Source of the DNA: Paraspadella gotoi
Taxonomy: Eukaryota; Animalia; Chaetognatha
Assembly: GCA_051294375.1 (NCBI GenBank)
Contig: CM119267.1
Span: 16,699,189 to 16,763,188, forward strand
Length of the DNA stretch: 64,000 nt
Reading direction: 5' to 3'
The notes under the pieces are model-generated. The model worked only from the letters and a program-made list of their open reading frames with translations. It did not search any database and was not told the DNA's origin. Positions 12,641 to 27,689 of this stretch are shown piece after piece (position 1 is the stretch's first letter; each line of letters starts with the position of its first letter). The position numbers and the translations under genes are program-made.

Positions 12641-15042
12641 GGAGTGGGCATGAATTAATTGGAAATATAAATTTTCATTTTACTTGAACAATAAGCAACA
12701 TTTCTTTGCGTTTTTTAGTTTTCTAACTGTTATTACTCTTATAAGAATCCCACAGTTCCAGAATCCACACTCGCTCAATCACACGTCGCCGGCGAGATAG
12801 GCGCTACAAGCTCACAGAAGTTGGCCACAGGTTTTTGGTAAAAAGTATAAGACCCTGCCGCGCACAGGTTAAAGAACAATGTACATGTTACGGAGTATGT
12901 TTGACATAGAACTGTCACCTTGTTTTGAAACTTCACGAATTAAAATTCGTTCTCCATTAATACAAAAGGAAACTCTGGGATACAGGATTCCAGCGTATGG
13001 TATCACTATTTTTCAATTTTATTAAAGTATATGGAGAATATTTTGGATGTTAATAAAACAACACACTTCGTAGATTAAATAAATTTATGGATTACTTTTA
13101 AATGACAATGTTGTAAGATGATAGAAAATAGTTATGATAACTCTACACGAAAGTCTTTGATGTCTGTTTCCTTGCTTATTATGACACTCGGAGCACATCC
13201 CTCACCGTTGCTTTCATGTATACTCTTCACGCCTTGCACGCGTTCGTTGTTTGTTCATGCTAGTTTGTTACAGCGCCAAAGAAAAAGTGTTTTTATCAAT
13301 TAAATCGAATAATAAGGAAATGCAGTTACCTCTTTTCCAAAATTAATTTTGTTGTCTATCATAATGTAATAACAATGTTAAGCATAATAAATTAAGCAAT
13401 GTCAGGTATAGTGATAAAAGTAACTGGTTATTGATGATGAATAATTAAATAATGAATATTTTTTTGGAACTGCCATAATTTTTTTGAAAAGAGGGACAGA
13501 GATGAGTGTGACATTCTTAAAAAATTTTGAACAAAATACTTGAATTGTCGCTTGTACCAAATCTTGCCAATGATTATGAACTTGCAAAATATTCAGCTCG
13601 ATAGTGAGGAGACTGAACACTCTTCAATACAGGCGGGCGCTGACCTCCTGGTGTGACCAAAGGTCAAAAGTCAAAAAGGTTCACGAGAAGTCACATTTAG
13701 ACGATGATCAAACGTTCTTTTATGCGTGACGGCCTAAGTAATAATCATGGGAATGCAAAGTTAATTAATTAATTAATAAGTGTTACTTTGTTAGTTGTCT
13801 ATTTCCATTCTCATGTAAGAAAGAATTGCATTTCCAATATCCGTGATGATTCACTCATATTAAAGAACTCTAATCACCCTACCGTTGAAATTGGTGACTT
13901 CCGCATTAGAATGTGCGGGAGATTCGTCACATTATTGTTTCTTAGCAACGACAGTAAAAAGCTAATCAAATATGTCATAATTATTATCAATCACATATTC
14001 TTCTTAAAAGTTTTATTTATAGTATTTTTCGATCATTCAATATCACACTAACTTTATATTTTTATATTTTATTGATATTGTAATTTGATCAATCAATCTC
14101 AATCACTTAATAATTTTTTAAGCTTCAGGAAGCACCATAGATGCCGGTGGTGCATTGGCGATTCACAACAAGATGAGGATGCGAAACCATGTTCGAGATC
14201 CCATAGTTGGTGTAATTGCACACTTGATAAAAGAGAATATTTTATAAGACTTTTTGCATCAATATGAGTTTGGATAGATTAGTAGCAACAGTTTTTGAAA
14301 TTAAATTCGAGTTATTAGCCAGCTATTAAGTTGAGTCTAATCATAAATATCAGAATCCCTTTCTAAGCTAAACAAATGGCGTTACGTACGTCCGTCAGAG
14401 TAGGCTGAGGTTGCAAGGAAATATGTAACATTCAGTTTTAGTTTTTGTTTCACATTTGAGTTGCCAAATATTGGTTTGATTGATCATTTATTGAAATTTG
14501 CTATTTACTTTGCTTTGCCGGCTTATTCTGCAGAACTGTTTTTATGACGCGTCTCTTTTTTTTAGTGTTTATAACTATTTATGCACATTTATCCAACTTG
14601 TTATTTAATCCTAATTATTTAGGCATTTATCTTTTTCTCCTGAGCCACGTGTATTGTTTAGTATTTTGATTTTTGCTCCGTCCTCCATTTCTTCGTTTTT
14701 TGAATAAATAATAGTAACTTTAATTAATTATATTTATACGACTGTTCAGAATACTCTGGTGCAAACCACAAGAAATCTCGGCCCAGTGTTTTGAAAATGG
14801 ACCACTTTTCTTTCTTTGATAAAAGTAAACAATTGTACTTCGTCCATTCTTTTCGCGAAATCTCTGGTAGTTTTAGCCGTCGGCTCCGGAAGGGAAACGT
14901 TCTTCTCTTTAAATTAATACTTTTGTCATTTCGCTTTACCTCTATCTATATATACAAAGATTATTACAAACCCCCTGTGGTTTTTACTAGGCCAAGTAAA
15001 TTCAGTCAGAAAACTATCTCGTAGCTTAGAGTATCAGTGACA

Positions 15043-16056
15043 GTTTCAGTTTGCAAATGCATAAATCATTCAACACTATAAAACGTTCAGCAAATGCCTC
15101 TGTAAATGCATATGGTTGTCGCTTGCAACTCTGCAAATATGAATCCCTATTTTTAGAATTAAAAATGTATCCCAAGATTTTTGCTGGAAAGGGCATGGCA
15201 CAAGGAGCGCGGCTGGTGAAGGGGCAGGAATGAATTCCTCACAACTACGTTTCCATCGGGCCTGGGAACTTTATCACTGCAATTAATCGCGATTCGCTAG
15301 TGATGAAGTTGAGACCCCTGTAATTTATTTACTACACTTTTCTACTCTGCTCTCTTCTCTCTTCTCTCTCTTCTCTCTCTCTCTCTCACTCCGCTGAAAC
15401 TTGATGGCCGTGGATCGGCGCGGTTTAACACACGATGGCGGCGTAAGTTCGTAGTCAGCAAAACGTGTAGTGTGAATAACGGATGTCGTGGTTGTGTGTG
15501 AGTGATGAATTTTCTTCCTTTCGTCGCTAAGTGATACGGTCCGCTGCCATTCTTAATTCGAGGCCGACGCCAAATGCCTCGCCAAGAAAAATCACTAATT
15601 TTTGTTTAATGAAATTCATTTTCCCGATAGCGGAAATAGGCGAAAACTTAGTAATTCGCATAGCAGAAACGTGTTTTGGTTATTATTTTGCGAGAAATAA
15701 ATAAATTCCAAAGATTATGCGTTTTTAGATTAATGCGAAACGAAAATCAAAATTTGGGCAGCAAAAAAAAAATCCCAGATAAATATTTCTTTCTTCTTTC
15801 TTTTTTTGTTTTGTACTACGCGTTGTTTATTGTTTATTCCTCGCGTTTTGTTTTTTTGGAAATCGAAAAACAAAAAAGAAAAGGAAAGAAAAATAATTTG
15901 GATTTCGGCTTCTCCGAGACGAAATTAGCAATTTCCAAAAATTTTGCGCGATCTTTTTTTTTCTTCTTCTTTCTTTCTCGCTATAAACGAAAAAAACAGA
16001 GCGGTGAAAAGTTCGATAGAAAACCAAACAATGCGAGAAAGGAAATAGTCGACATC

Positions 16057-16090
<34 letters not shown>
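15043..16090. repeat. ~1-kb direct duplication, copy 1 (copy 2 at 16332-17290)
   Basis: Both start gtttcagtttgcaaatgcataaat and share ccgctgccattcttaattcgaggccgacgccaaatgcctcgc and aaaccaaacaatgcgagaaa. Confidence 0.95.
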
Positions 16091-16097
<7 letters not shown>

Positions 16098-16331
16098 CAT
16101 GTTATCCTGGAAAAGTCAATTCATATCACTATGACAGAAATGAGAATATATTTAAGTAAATTGCAATTTTTTGATGAAAAGGATTAGAACGATGACTCAC
16201 ACTTATAAATAAACACTTGAATTATAATCAGTTTTTTGAAACAACATTTCCCGATGTGACTCTTGCCAGTAAGAGAGGCGTAGTAGTGGATAGAAAAGCT
16301 GGCATAAAAAAAAATCTTAAGCCAATGCTTC

Positions 16332-16575
16332 GTTTCAGTTTGCAAATGCATAAATAGTTCAAACAAAAAAGTGAAGCAAATGCTTGTAAATGCAGATGGT
16401 GTCGTTGAACTCTGCAAATATGAATCCTATTTTTAGAATTAAAAATGTATCCCACAGATTCTGAAGCATGAAATGGAGGAGAATCACGGTTCCATGGGCC
16501 TGGAACCTTTATCTCTGCAATTAATCGCGATTCGCTAGTGATGAAGTTGAAAAGACCCCTGTAATTTTTTACTCA

Positions 16576-16624
<49 letters not shown>

Positions 16625-17269
16625 GTGGAAGATTGATGGCCGTGGATCGGCGCGTTAAACGATGGCGGGTAAGTTCGTAAGTCAGAAAACCTGTGTGTGT
16701 GAATAAAGGGAATGTGTGTGTGTGTGAGGTGATGAATTTTCTTCTCTTCGCCGCTAAGTGAACCGGTCCGCTGCCATTCTTAATTCGAGGCCGACGCCAA
16801 ATGCCTCGCAAGAAAATCACTAATTTTTGTTTAATTGTAAATTCATTTTCCCGATAGCGGAAATAGGAAAACTTAGTAATTCGTAGCAGAAACGTGTTTT
16901 GGTTATTATTTTCGAGAAAATAAATAAATTCCAAAGATTATCGTTTTAATTAATGCGAAACGAAAATCGAAATTTCGGGCAGAAAAAAAAAATCCGCAGA
17001 TAAATTATTCTTTCTTCTTTCTTTTTGTTTTGTACACGCGTTTGTTTATTGTTTATTCCCTCGCGTTTTGTTTTTTTGGAAATCGAAAAAAAAAAGAAAG
17101 AAAAGAAAAATAATTTGGATTTCGGTTCTTCGAGACGAATTTAGAATTTCCAAAATTTTGCGCGAATTTTTTTTTTTCTTTCTTTCTTTCTCGCATATAA
17201 ACGAAAAAACAGAGGGTGAAAAGTTCGAAGAAAACCAAACAATGCGAGAAAGAAATAGTGACAGGGAAA

Positions 17270-17290
<21 letters not shown>
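16332..17290. repeat. ~1-kb direct duplication, copy 2
   Basis: Colinear with 15043-16090. Confidence 0.95.
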
Positions 17291-18290
<1,000 letters not shown>

Positions 18291-18763
18291 GTGACGAGGC
18301 GTCCGAAAATCATTTAGTCGCGACTGAAACAAAACAACTTTTTTTTATCCATTTCAAAAAAAAAAAGAAAGAAAGAAAAATCCAAATAAGACCCCCCCAT
18401 TTTTTTCTCTCAGCAAGCAAAAGGAGCAAGCACAGCTGTTGCGACGCATATAACGCTCGCCGTTCGAGACAAGCTTTAACTGACTTCCTTTTACGGTCGG
18501 TTCCACTCGTTCCAGTCAGAATCAACGATTTACGCGAAACTCTTAAGGACAGAGACTCAATTAGCGGCATTATAAACGACTTTCCACCGACAGTCTCACT
18601 CCTGTTTTGCAAACTCATACAACGTCAGAGAAATTTTATACGAATTCTGGTTTGAGATAAAATGACGGCGCGACTTGAGTTCAAAGCTCGTTATGATACT
18701 CTCGTTTTGAATTCGGGCATCGCATAAGTTCAGCCCGCCTATAAGCATGACACCTTCAGTCTT

Positions 18764-18960
18764 GACCCGGTGGCTCATTGAGTAAAGCCATCATCATGAC
18801 CAAGAGGTACCGGTTTCAATCCCAACTCGGTATCCACCCAGAAACGAGTGAGGACGTCCCTAAACCGCCTTTTGAGCCTAGAAAACCCTTAACACTGGTT
18901 CCAAGCCCAGGACCCGATCCATTGCTGCTGAGGGGGCAGAGAAGATACGGATAGCAGTCT
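18764..18960 (+). mobile_element. tRNA-derived SINE-like element; 3' end approximate
   Basis: A-box-like TGGCTCATTGAG at 18771 and B-box-like GGTTTCAATCC at 18812 are at tRNA spacing, without a full cloverleaf. They are followed by tccacccag and ccaagccc motifs reminiscent of invertebrate SINE bodies. Confidence 0.45.
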
Positions 18961-20176
18961 TCAGCCCACTTAGCGCCTTATCCAGTTTCAAGCACGACAG
19001 CAGTTTCGAAGCCAAGCTTGTTTTTGAAGAGACAAAAATTGCGGTTTTAATGCTGTATCAAGCTCGCTTCCAGCGCGACCTTAACCGCAGTGCCAAGCTC
19101 AGTCCAAACGCGTTCGTAATAGCAGTGCCAAGCTCGAAACGATAATGGCGCCGCTTCCGTTCTCCAACGAACTTCGGCGTAAACGGAAAAAAAAAAAGAA
19201 TTTCGGCGTAAGAATTTCTCAAGAAATGTTACCGATTCTAATTAGCGGGTCGACCCTGAACCAGGCGCCCGGAACGGCGCCCGAAAACCGGCGCGCCTCT
19301 CGTGCCGGCGCCATTATCGGCGCGGCGTTCTGGTCGACGCCCGTTTAAGCGCCCCTTCCGCGTTGCGTCCTTCTCGAGTCTCACGCGTGAAAATTACAAA
19401 CGCCGAATTCGCCTTTTCACGTTTGGAGATTAAGTGGAAATTTATAATTTGGTTAAATCTTTCATCATTCCACATTTATTTGTGGATTAGAAGCCCTTTG
19501 AATAATCCCTCCTGATTTAGCGGCCTTTGGTTGGGATGGTACGACTTTGTTATTGTTAAATGTGCATATTTATGATAATTTTTTTTTCTTAGAAACATCC
19601 GTAAAACTCTCTGAAAACCTCAATTATTATGTATGCTGCTATGTCATTATCTTGTAAGTGTGATGGCGGCCTTAAACCACCAAAACCTGAGCAAAGTGAG
19701 GGGCAAGATAGCTTATTTAATAAATGAACGGATAATTTTTATATTGGTTGTACCAATTTCATATTAAATAATTTATATGTCATATATATAATATATATAT
19801 ATAATTTCGTAGTCACTGAATAGCTACCGATGAAGCTAACAAAAAAAAATAACGCCCAACTAGCCAGCGAGCACACGCCGCCCTAGCAACGAGAAACGAA
19901 AGGGAAGCCAACTCGGTTTCCAAGCAACGGAGCTGAAATCTCGAAGATCGTGATCACTCATTTCCGCTTCGATTTCCGCGGAATTGACCTCCATCGCTTT
20001 TATCTTTCCCAGTTCACCGGAAAAAGGGGATCCTTCTTTCCTTCTATTTTTTTCCTTCCTTCTTTCTTTCTTTCTCTTCCTTTCCAGATTTACGTACTTA
20101 CGTAGCTCTGTATAATTCAGGTTTTTTTTTTCGTTTGTTTGTTCTGTTCCTGTTCTGTTCCTCTCTTATTGAGTTC

Positions 20177-20515
20177 TTTTTAGTTGCAACCGCGATTACT
20201 CGCGGAGAAACTCTAAAAGTCACTTTTCGGTCGGTCTGTCGGTTGGTCCGTCGGTATGTCTGTCCGTCGATCTGTCCCACTTACGTTAAAATGCTCATAA
20301 CTTGCATATAGTTGGTTGCTCATTCGTTAAGACCAGAAAAACCCTCAAATATAAGTGACTGCTAGCGCCGCCTTTCAGGAAATAAAAGACAGAAGACAAA
20401 ATTCCGATGCGGTGCTTGTCATAAATACACGGACTAAGAAAGTTATGGTAGTCATGTAATCATGTCATGTCACAAGAATCACACGTGATAAGGCAGTCGC
20501 TGCGGAGCAACACAT
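20177..20515 (+). mobile_element. DINE-1/HINE-like (Helentron-associated) non-autonomous element, copy 1
   Basis: T-run start ttttagttgcaaccgc, (GGTC/GTCY)n microsatellite, degenerate inverted end gcggagcaac. Colinear with 54894-55250. Confidence 0.6.
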
Positions 20516-20929
20516 TCCAATTCCGTTCTTTTCTATCTTAGCTTTTACTTTCTTCCCAATTTTTCTCCTCCTACTAATTTTGTTATTCTTTTCAATTTTC
20601 TTCGGTTTTCATACTAATAGATTACTCGTAATGCATGTTATATTTCTTATAATTTTTAAATTCTATTTTCTTTTGGTATCTTCATGATATTAATTATTCT
20701 TTCTTTCAGTTGTAACGTTTCCTACTTTCCTATTTCCTTCCTTTCGATGTTTCATAATTTTCTTCATCCCGCCGTTTGGCCCGTTTCCCTAATTTTCCGA
20801 TTTTCTGTTATTTTTTTTTCGCGCTTTCCTTCTGCTCGAGCGACTGAGTCCATGTAATTATGACACATTTAGCAAATCGAAATATCCTTGAGTCAGACCC
20901 GTACTAAGTCTGTCTGTCTATCTGTCTGT

Positions 20930-20965
<36 letters not shown>

Positions 20966-21111
20966 ACTCTCTATATCTCTCTCTCTCCTTACTCTCTCCC
21001 CCGCTCGTTCCGCATCTTCCTGTTTTCTCCGTCCAGAGCGAAGCATCAATATTTTAGTCTCGGACCGAAATCGACTTCATCCCTAAGGATTCGATCTCGA
21101 GATTCTGCCTC

Positions 21112-21176
21112 TTTTTTTCTTTCTTCCTTCCTTCCTTCCTTCCTTCCTTCCTTCCTTCCTTCCTTCCTTCCTTCCT

Positions 21177-21248
<72 letters not shown>

Positions 21249-21282
21249 TCCTTCTTTCTTTCTTTCTTTCTTTCTTTCTTTT
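21112..21282 (+). repeat. (TTCC)n(TTTC)n compound microsatellite
   Basis: Seen directly. A complementary-type (GAAA)n tract is at ~32860-33030. Confidence 0.95.
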
Positions 21283-21909
21283 CCAGAATCAATCGTAAAA
21301 AAAAAAAGCAATAAATTTATATGAACAAGAAAATAGTTTTCCCAAACATAAAAAAAATCTAATTTCTATTTTGGTCAGATCGAGTCTGTTTTGAAGGTTT
21401 AATAGTGTACATGCTTTTCAAAATCAATTTGTTAAAGCCGACACGAGAAAAAACGACCGTCGTAAAATAAATAAGAAAATAGAAAATAAAATAACTAAAT
21501 AACATATAAAAAAAGGTAAAAAATGAAAGCTAAGCCCGTTATTATTTTTTTTTTTTTAACTTTTTACTTTTGTTCGGAGTCACGATTCTTTGCGTTTGCA
21601 AGAAAATATTTTATCGAAAGTTCCCGGGTTCGAAACCGAGAATCGCTTTCGGTTTTCACCGATAATTCGATTTGAAAACCTCTCAGTCGGAGAGAGAAGA
21701 TAGGATTTCTCTCTGGTCGGACGTTGGTCTGTTAACGAAAACAAACCGCGTGGCGGCGGAGAGGACGATGGCTGCGGCGTTAATAAATTATACTGCGCTG
21801 CGCCGCGGAGAAGAAAAGCTGTAAAAAAAAAAGTGATTAAACGGAACTAAAATGTATATCGAGTGAAAACAAAGTAATTCAGTTGCCTTCCATTGACTAC
21901 AATTTAAAG

Positions 21910-22403
21910 TATTCAATCAAATCATCATTCAATGGACATACAAACATGTTGTAAACGATAACCCACTACGCTATTGGCCACCAAAACCGACTCCGTCTAA
22001 AACGCAAACTTTCTTCCTTCTCAACGACGACCAGAAAGTCAATCTTCTTCGTTGCCAAGGCGACGCTTCTGTCACAACCTTCCGCCGATGGTCCCCGACG
22101 TTGCGTTTCCTTTTTTCTTTCCTCCTAAACGAGGCAAGACCTCAAAAACAAAGCAAAAAAATGTCTTTTTCTAACGATTTCAATTTGTGGGATTTTCCCA
22201 GGCGTAAAACGCAGGCGCCTCGTCACAAAGGAAGACAGATGGCCCCTGAAAAAAAGACAAAAGACCGTCGTGTTGCGACAACGACGACGACGACGACGAC
22301 GACGCTGATGATGATGAAGACGACGACTAGCTCGGCTCCGACGGTGAGATGTCGACGACGAATGGAGCAATCGGCTTTTAAAAAAAGCAATGGCATCCGC
22401 TGA
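21910..22403 (+). CDS. Candidate coding exons of an unidentified gene
   Basis: The frame is open from ~21897 (…QWTYKHVVNDNPLRYWPPKPTPSKTQTFFLLNDDQKVNLLRCQGDAS…). A phase-consistent intron is possible at ~22100-22201 (gttgcg…ttttcccag). Confidence 0.3.
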
Positions 22404-23384
22404 GAATAAAGCAAAGACAAAGGGGGTTGTAAAAAAAGCAATGGCACCCGTAGAGATTAAAGCAAGGACAAAGCTGGCTTTCACAACGGAATAAATTAAT
22501 ATATAATATGTTTTATTCCTCAAAACGTTAAATAATTGCGTCGAATCCGATATCAGATATCAGGTATCGCAAATTAATACCGGATAATCCGTCAATTAAT
22601 TGACCGAGAGACTCGAAAGAAGAATCCAACGACATCGATGAGCATCGAGTCGGATTTTGCAATGAAAAAAAATTGTCAGCGTTTCGCCCTTGGGCATTCC
22701 ATTGCACGCTTGCCCAAGTGCTTGCTCAGAGGGGAAGGCGATGGAGGCATTTTCCAGAAGTAAATTAAATCTGACGAATTTTTTTTTTAAGAATGTTTTT
22801 CTTAGTCGAGGTTGGAGAGTCCAGGCATTGCGCATAGTGTTTGTGCTTCGAGCTTGTTATTAACACAGCCTGGAGAGAGATTGGAAAGGTATTGCCAGGT
22901 ATTGCCCAATTGACGCCTATTGTTGCTGTTTTTTGTTTTTTGTTATTGTTCTTTTGTTTTTTTGGTTTTTGTTTTTGTTCTTTATTCTAGATTTCCTTCA
23001 CGCCACGTTTCGAATCCGCGCCCGTTTTCGTGCTTCTCAGCGGATATTGTATTTCCTTTTCTTTTTATATTTTCTCTTTTTCAATTTCCTTTTTTAATTC
23101 TCTTCCTTTATACAAACCTTACTTTTACTATTTCCCCGTTAGAAGACTTTTATTTCTTACTCTCAGGTTTATCGCCCTTTTTCCTTTTCCTTTCTTTTCC
23201 TTTTTTTTTCTCTCGTTACCCTTTTCCTCTCTTAATTTTCCACTCTTTCCCCTTTTTTCCCTTTACGATTCCGTTGCCGGCAGTGCGTACCACTTCCTAT
23301 GATATAAATCTAAAAAGAATCGATTTTTGTTCCCAGCGCCACGGTGGGTCTTGGAAGGGTGTGGGTGGAGGTGGGGGAGCTGGA

Positions 23385-23481
<97 letters not shown>

Positions 23482-24249
23482 TAAAGGCAGGGCGCTAAAG
23501 AGGAAATAGGAAACGGAGAAGAAAAGGAGGAGGATGAAGGCAGAGCATTTCTGAGAAATGAACCCAGAAAGGATAAGTTTAGATAAGGAAGAGAAAGTAT
23601 GAATGAATAGGGAACAACCCTGGAAAAAATATTACACGAGGAAAGAGGGAAGAAAGAAATTTAAAAAAATAAAAGCCAGAAAATAAATGGCATCAACGGG
23701 AGGAGAGAGGGAAAGAGATAAAGCCAGACTGAGATAACTTTCGGTTAATCCCTCGTAAATGATTAATAAATGGAATCTTTTACTGACATTTTGATAGATT
23801 TTTTTTAGCGTTTCACTTTAGGGAAAGTTAGAACAATAGGAGAATTTAAATAGCTGCTTCAAATTTAAAAAAAAACGTAGCAAAAAAAGAAAAGAAAAAA
23901 GGGGGAAAATTAATTAGGTCATTGGGAGGAGAAAAAAAAGGAGGAAAAGCGACGTGAAATCTAATTCGAGGTTTTAATCTCATTTGGAAGATGCAAGATG
24001 TCGCGGGGCCCGATTTATCGGGGTTTTTTTTGTTGTCGTTTTCTTTTTTTTTGTTGATTCTCTTGTTGTTGTCGTTATAGACATTTTTTAGTCGTTGTTG
24101 TAATTTTTGTAGGATTTACATATATGTCATGTTGTTGATGGGTAAAAGTAGGTTAAGTTTCAGTTGTTGTTGTTGTAGTTAATAATGCATTTTGCATCAG
24201 CATCAGCTTCGTCGTCGTTGTTATTGTCGTCTTTAGGGGGAATGACCTG

Positions 24250-24374
<125 letters not shown>

Positions 24375-24485
24375 CTATCTCTCTCTCTCTCTCTCTTCTC
24401 AGTGTCACTACCACTAACCAGCGGCGATATTGACTAATGATATCGGACTATAAAAATAACGTACTAACTTGAGCGTTATGGATCC

Positions 24486-24554
<69 letters not shown>

Positions 24555-25605
24555 AGAGAGAATTCGTAATACGCGGTCAACGTCAAGGACGATCTAAGTT
24601 TTGACCGACACGCGGTTCGTTAAGAGCGGGAAATCGTCAGATTCTTCTCGCGATAGCGAAACACTTGATGGAGATTGATTCGAAATAACGAACACGTTAA
24701 TCTGAAGCAGAAATGAATTAACTGAAAGCTTCGTGGCTCGGTTACGAACCAAAGTTATTTACGATAGTTTAGCGGTTTATTCAATATCAAATATATATAA
24801 ATATATCTATATATTTTAAAAATGAAGTTAATCAATTAACATCTATAATTTAAGTATTTCTTTAAACAAAGTAATCTAGCCAATTTTATATTTTGGTCAT
24901 GGATTTTAACTCGATAATGAATTTGTATAAATGGGGAAATAAGGTTTATCATCCATCAGGGTTAGCTTAAAATACTCTTTTTATTAACATAATAAAGTCC
25001 TGGACTAAATCATAGGTACAAGAGCCGCGAGGGCTTTTCAAAAAATTCAGAAAAACGAAATTCGGTGCGGGAAAAAAATGGAGCTCGAAACTAGAAAATC
25101 CCCGGATGTTTCAAATTCATAAATAACCGCCATATTTTCCCGCCTTTCTCCGCCTTTCTTCCTCATTTTTTTTCTTTTTCCCCTTTAAGGCCCACATTTT
25201 CTTTTTTTTTTCCTTTCCCACTTTCGCAAAAAAAAAAACTGTAAAAAAAAAAAGAAAAGAAAAAATCTCTTTATAAAAAAAAAAACCGGGAATTTTTTTT
25301 TATATGTATTTTTTTTTTTACGATGGAAGTTCTACGTTCTCGTTCTCCCCTTAAAATATTCATAAAAGTAGAAAACGATTCTCCCGATGTCAAAGATGCA
25401 AACCTGGGAGGGGGAAGAGTGTGTCGGGGGATGTGGAAGAGGGTGGATCGAAATTTTTTTATAGAGGGCAAAGTAATAAAATCAGGATCTTAACCACATC
25501 TTTCGTAGAAGCTTTGATTTATTCATCCCTTTAAACCGACGCGATGGATCGACCACCTTTTTTTTGAAAAAAGAGGGGGGGTAGATAAAATATTCTTAAT
25601 ATACC

Positions 25606-25913
<308 letters not shown>

Positions 25914-26418
25914 CTTACCTCTTGAAGGAAAGGAACAAAAAAGGTTCATCGGGAAAAAGAAAAAATACGTTGAGGTGGGGGTAAAAAAAAATCCAGAAAT
26001 AGATGTTAACCTTACAGCAAAAAAAGACTGTTAAGGAAATTAAGGAAGAAAGAAAGAATAGAAGCAGTTAAACAGGAAAACAAAGAAAGAAAGAAAAACA
26101 ATTTTGAAGTTGAATAACATTGTGACAATGAAAAAGGAAACTAAAAGTCGATAAATTCCAAGAAATTGAAAAAGGACTTTCTTGGAGATTTTTATATAAT
26201 TACCAATAAGGTATTTGGATTAAAACGCGAGTGCCAGACCACAGGCTATATGTCAATCAACGAGAATCGCTATTAAAATTTTACGAATTCTGCGGGCAAA
26301 ATTATTTTCCTACGAGAAGTATTAAGTATTTTTTTTTAAAAATGTTTAAAAACGGTATTCAGCGATTCAACGAAAAAAAAGGTAGTTTCCAAGGTAAAGA
26401 TTTAATCTCTTCTCTCGC

Positions 26419-26522
26419 GAAGTTGGGAATCCACGGCTTTACTGCGTTCCTCAGCAAAGACTCTGACCTCCTCTACAGGCTCGGATCGCCTCATATCGCT
26501 TCCTCCCTCGAGAAATGCCGAC
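26419..26522 (-). CDS. Candidate internal exon
   Basis: Pyrimidine tract plus AG acceptor; reads SAFLEGGSDMRRSEPVEEVRVFAEERSKAVDSQL. Needs a GC donor (GCGAGA) or else ends at a stop a few codons later. Confidence 0.3.
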
Positions 26523-27025
26523 CTCAAGCCAAGCGCAACAGACGCACGAAGAATTGCGGAGGAAGAAAAAAAAGGGGAGGGAAAAAAAAGGAAAAGAGAA
26601 AAAGGAAAAAGGAAAGAAAGAGAAAATTTTTTTTTTTTTAAATGGGTTCTATATTTATCATTTTTTTAGAAAGGGTTTACCCGTAAAAAAATGAGCCGAA
26701 ATCAAAAAAGGCAACAACTTTGGCAAATAAAAAGAAAACAATTTTAACGAAAAAAGAGCAAGTGATTCATTTCTTGATTGGAATTTGTTTTAGTTTCATT
26801 AAAGTCAGTTGTCTGCGTTGTATGAAAAAGAATTTAATTATACACTGCACTGTGCTTTGGGCAATACTGTTGGTGAATATAAAGACCGCATGAAAACAAA
26901 AGTGGATTGGATATGACCAATTTCCATTGACTACTGATCAGAGTGTCCAGTTAGCACGGTCACTGGTCTGAGACCATTTTCTCATCTTCGTTTTTGCTCG
27001 TTCGTCATAGTCGAAGACGAAGAAA

Positions 27026-27102
<77 letters not shown>

Positions 27103-27689
27103 CCTCAGAGGGAAAACGATGATGACGATGCCGATGTGGAGAAAGGCGACGAAACATTTTATTGGCAGAATTCTCTCTCCGACTTGTAACTTCGTTTAAA
27201 TTAAAACTATTGAATTAAACAAATTAAAATTCTACGGAAGAATTTGAAATCGACATTAAAAACTTGAAAATTAAATTTATTGAAAATTTTCCGATCGACG
27301 AATTTAGTCTGCAAATAAAATTACACAAAACTTAAAATGAAAGACGTGGAAAAAGATGAAATTTCTAAAAAAGTTTAAAATGACAATTATCAAATATCTA
27401 AGCAACAGTTAAACGAACAAGCATAAGCAACAGTTAAACGTCCCTATTATTTTTTAGGCATTTTACCTTCTTGGAACCAAAAAAAAAGTGAGATGGAACG
27501 GAAACTATCCTTCCTTCCGTTGGGAGCCTTTTCGAAGAGACCTCTCAGACGGCATGAGCCAACTTCATAACAATGTTTAAAAAAGAGACTAAAAGCTCAC
27601 TTTCAGAGAGAAAGAGCAGAGAGAAGAGATGATGAGGAGAGAGAGAGAGAGAGAGAGAGAGACGAGAGAGAGAGAAGAGAGTTGTTCAA

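Noticed and set aside
14130-14267. Cys-rich ORF (HRCRWC…CSRSHSWCNC) as a piggyBac C-terminal domain
   Set aside because: Cys spacing does not fit well, no transposase core is upstream, and another frame is equally open.
21600-21650. tRNA B-box GGTTCGAAACC
   Set aside because: No A box, cloverleaf or SINE body is evident.
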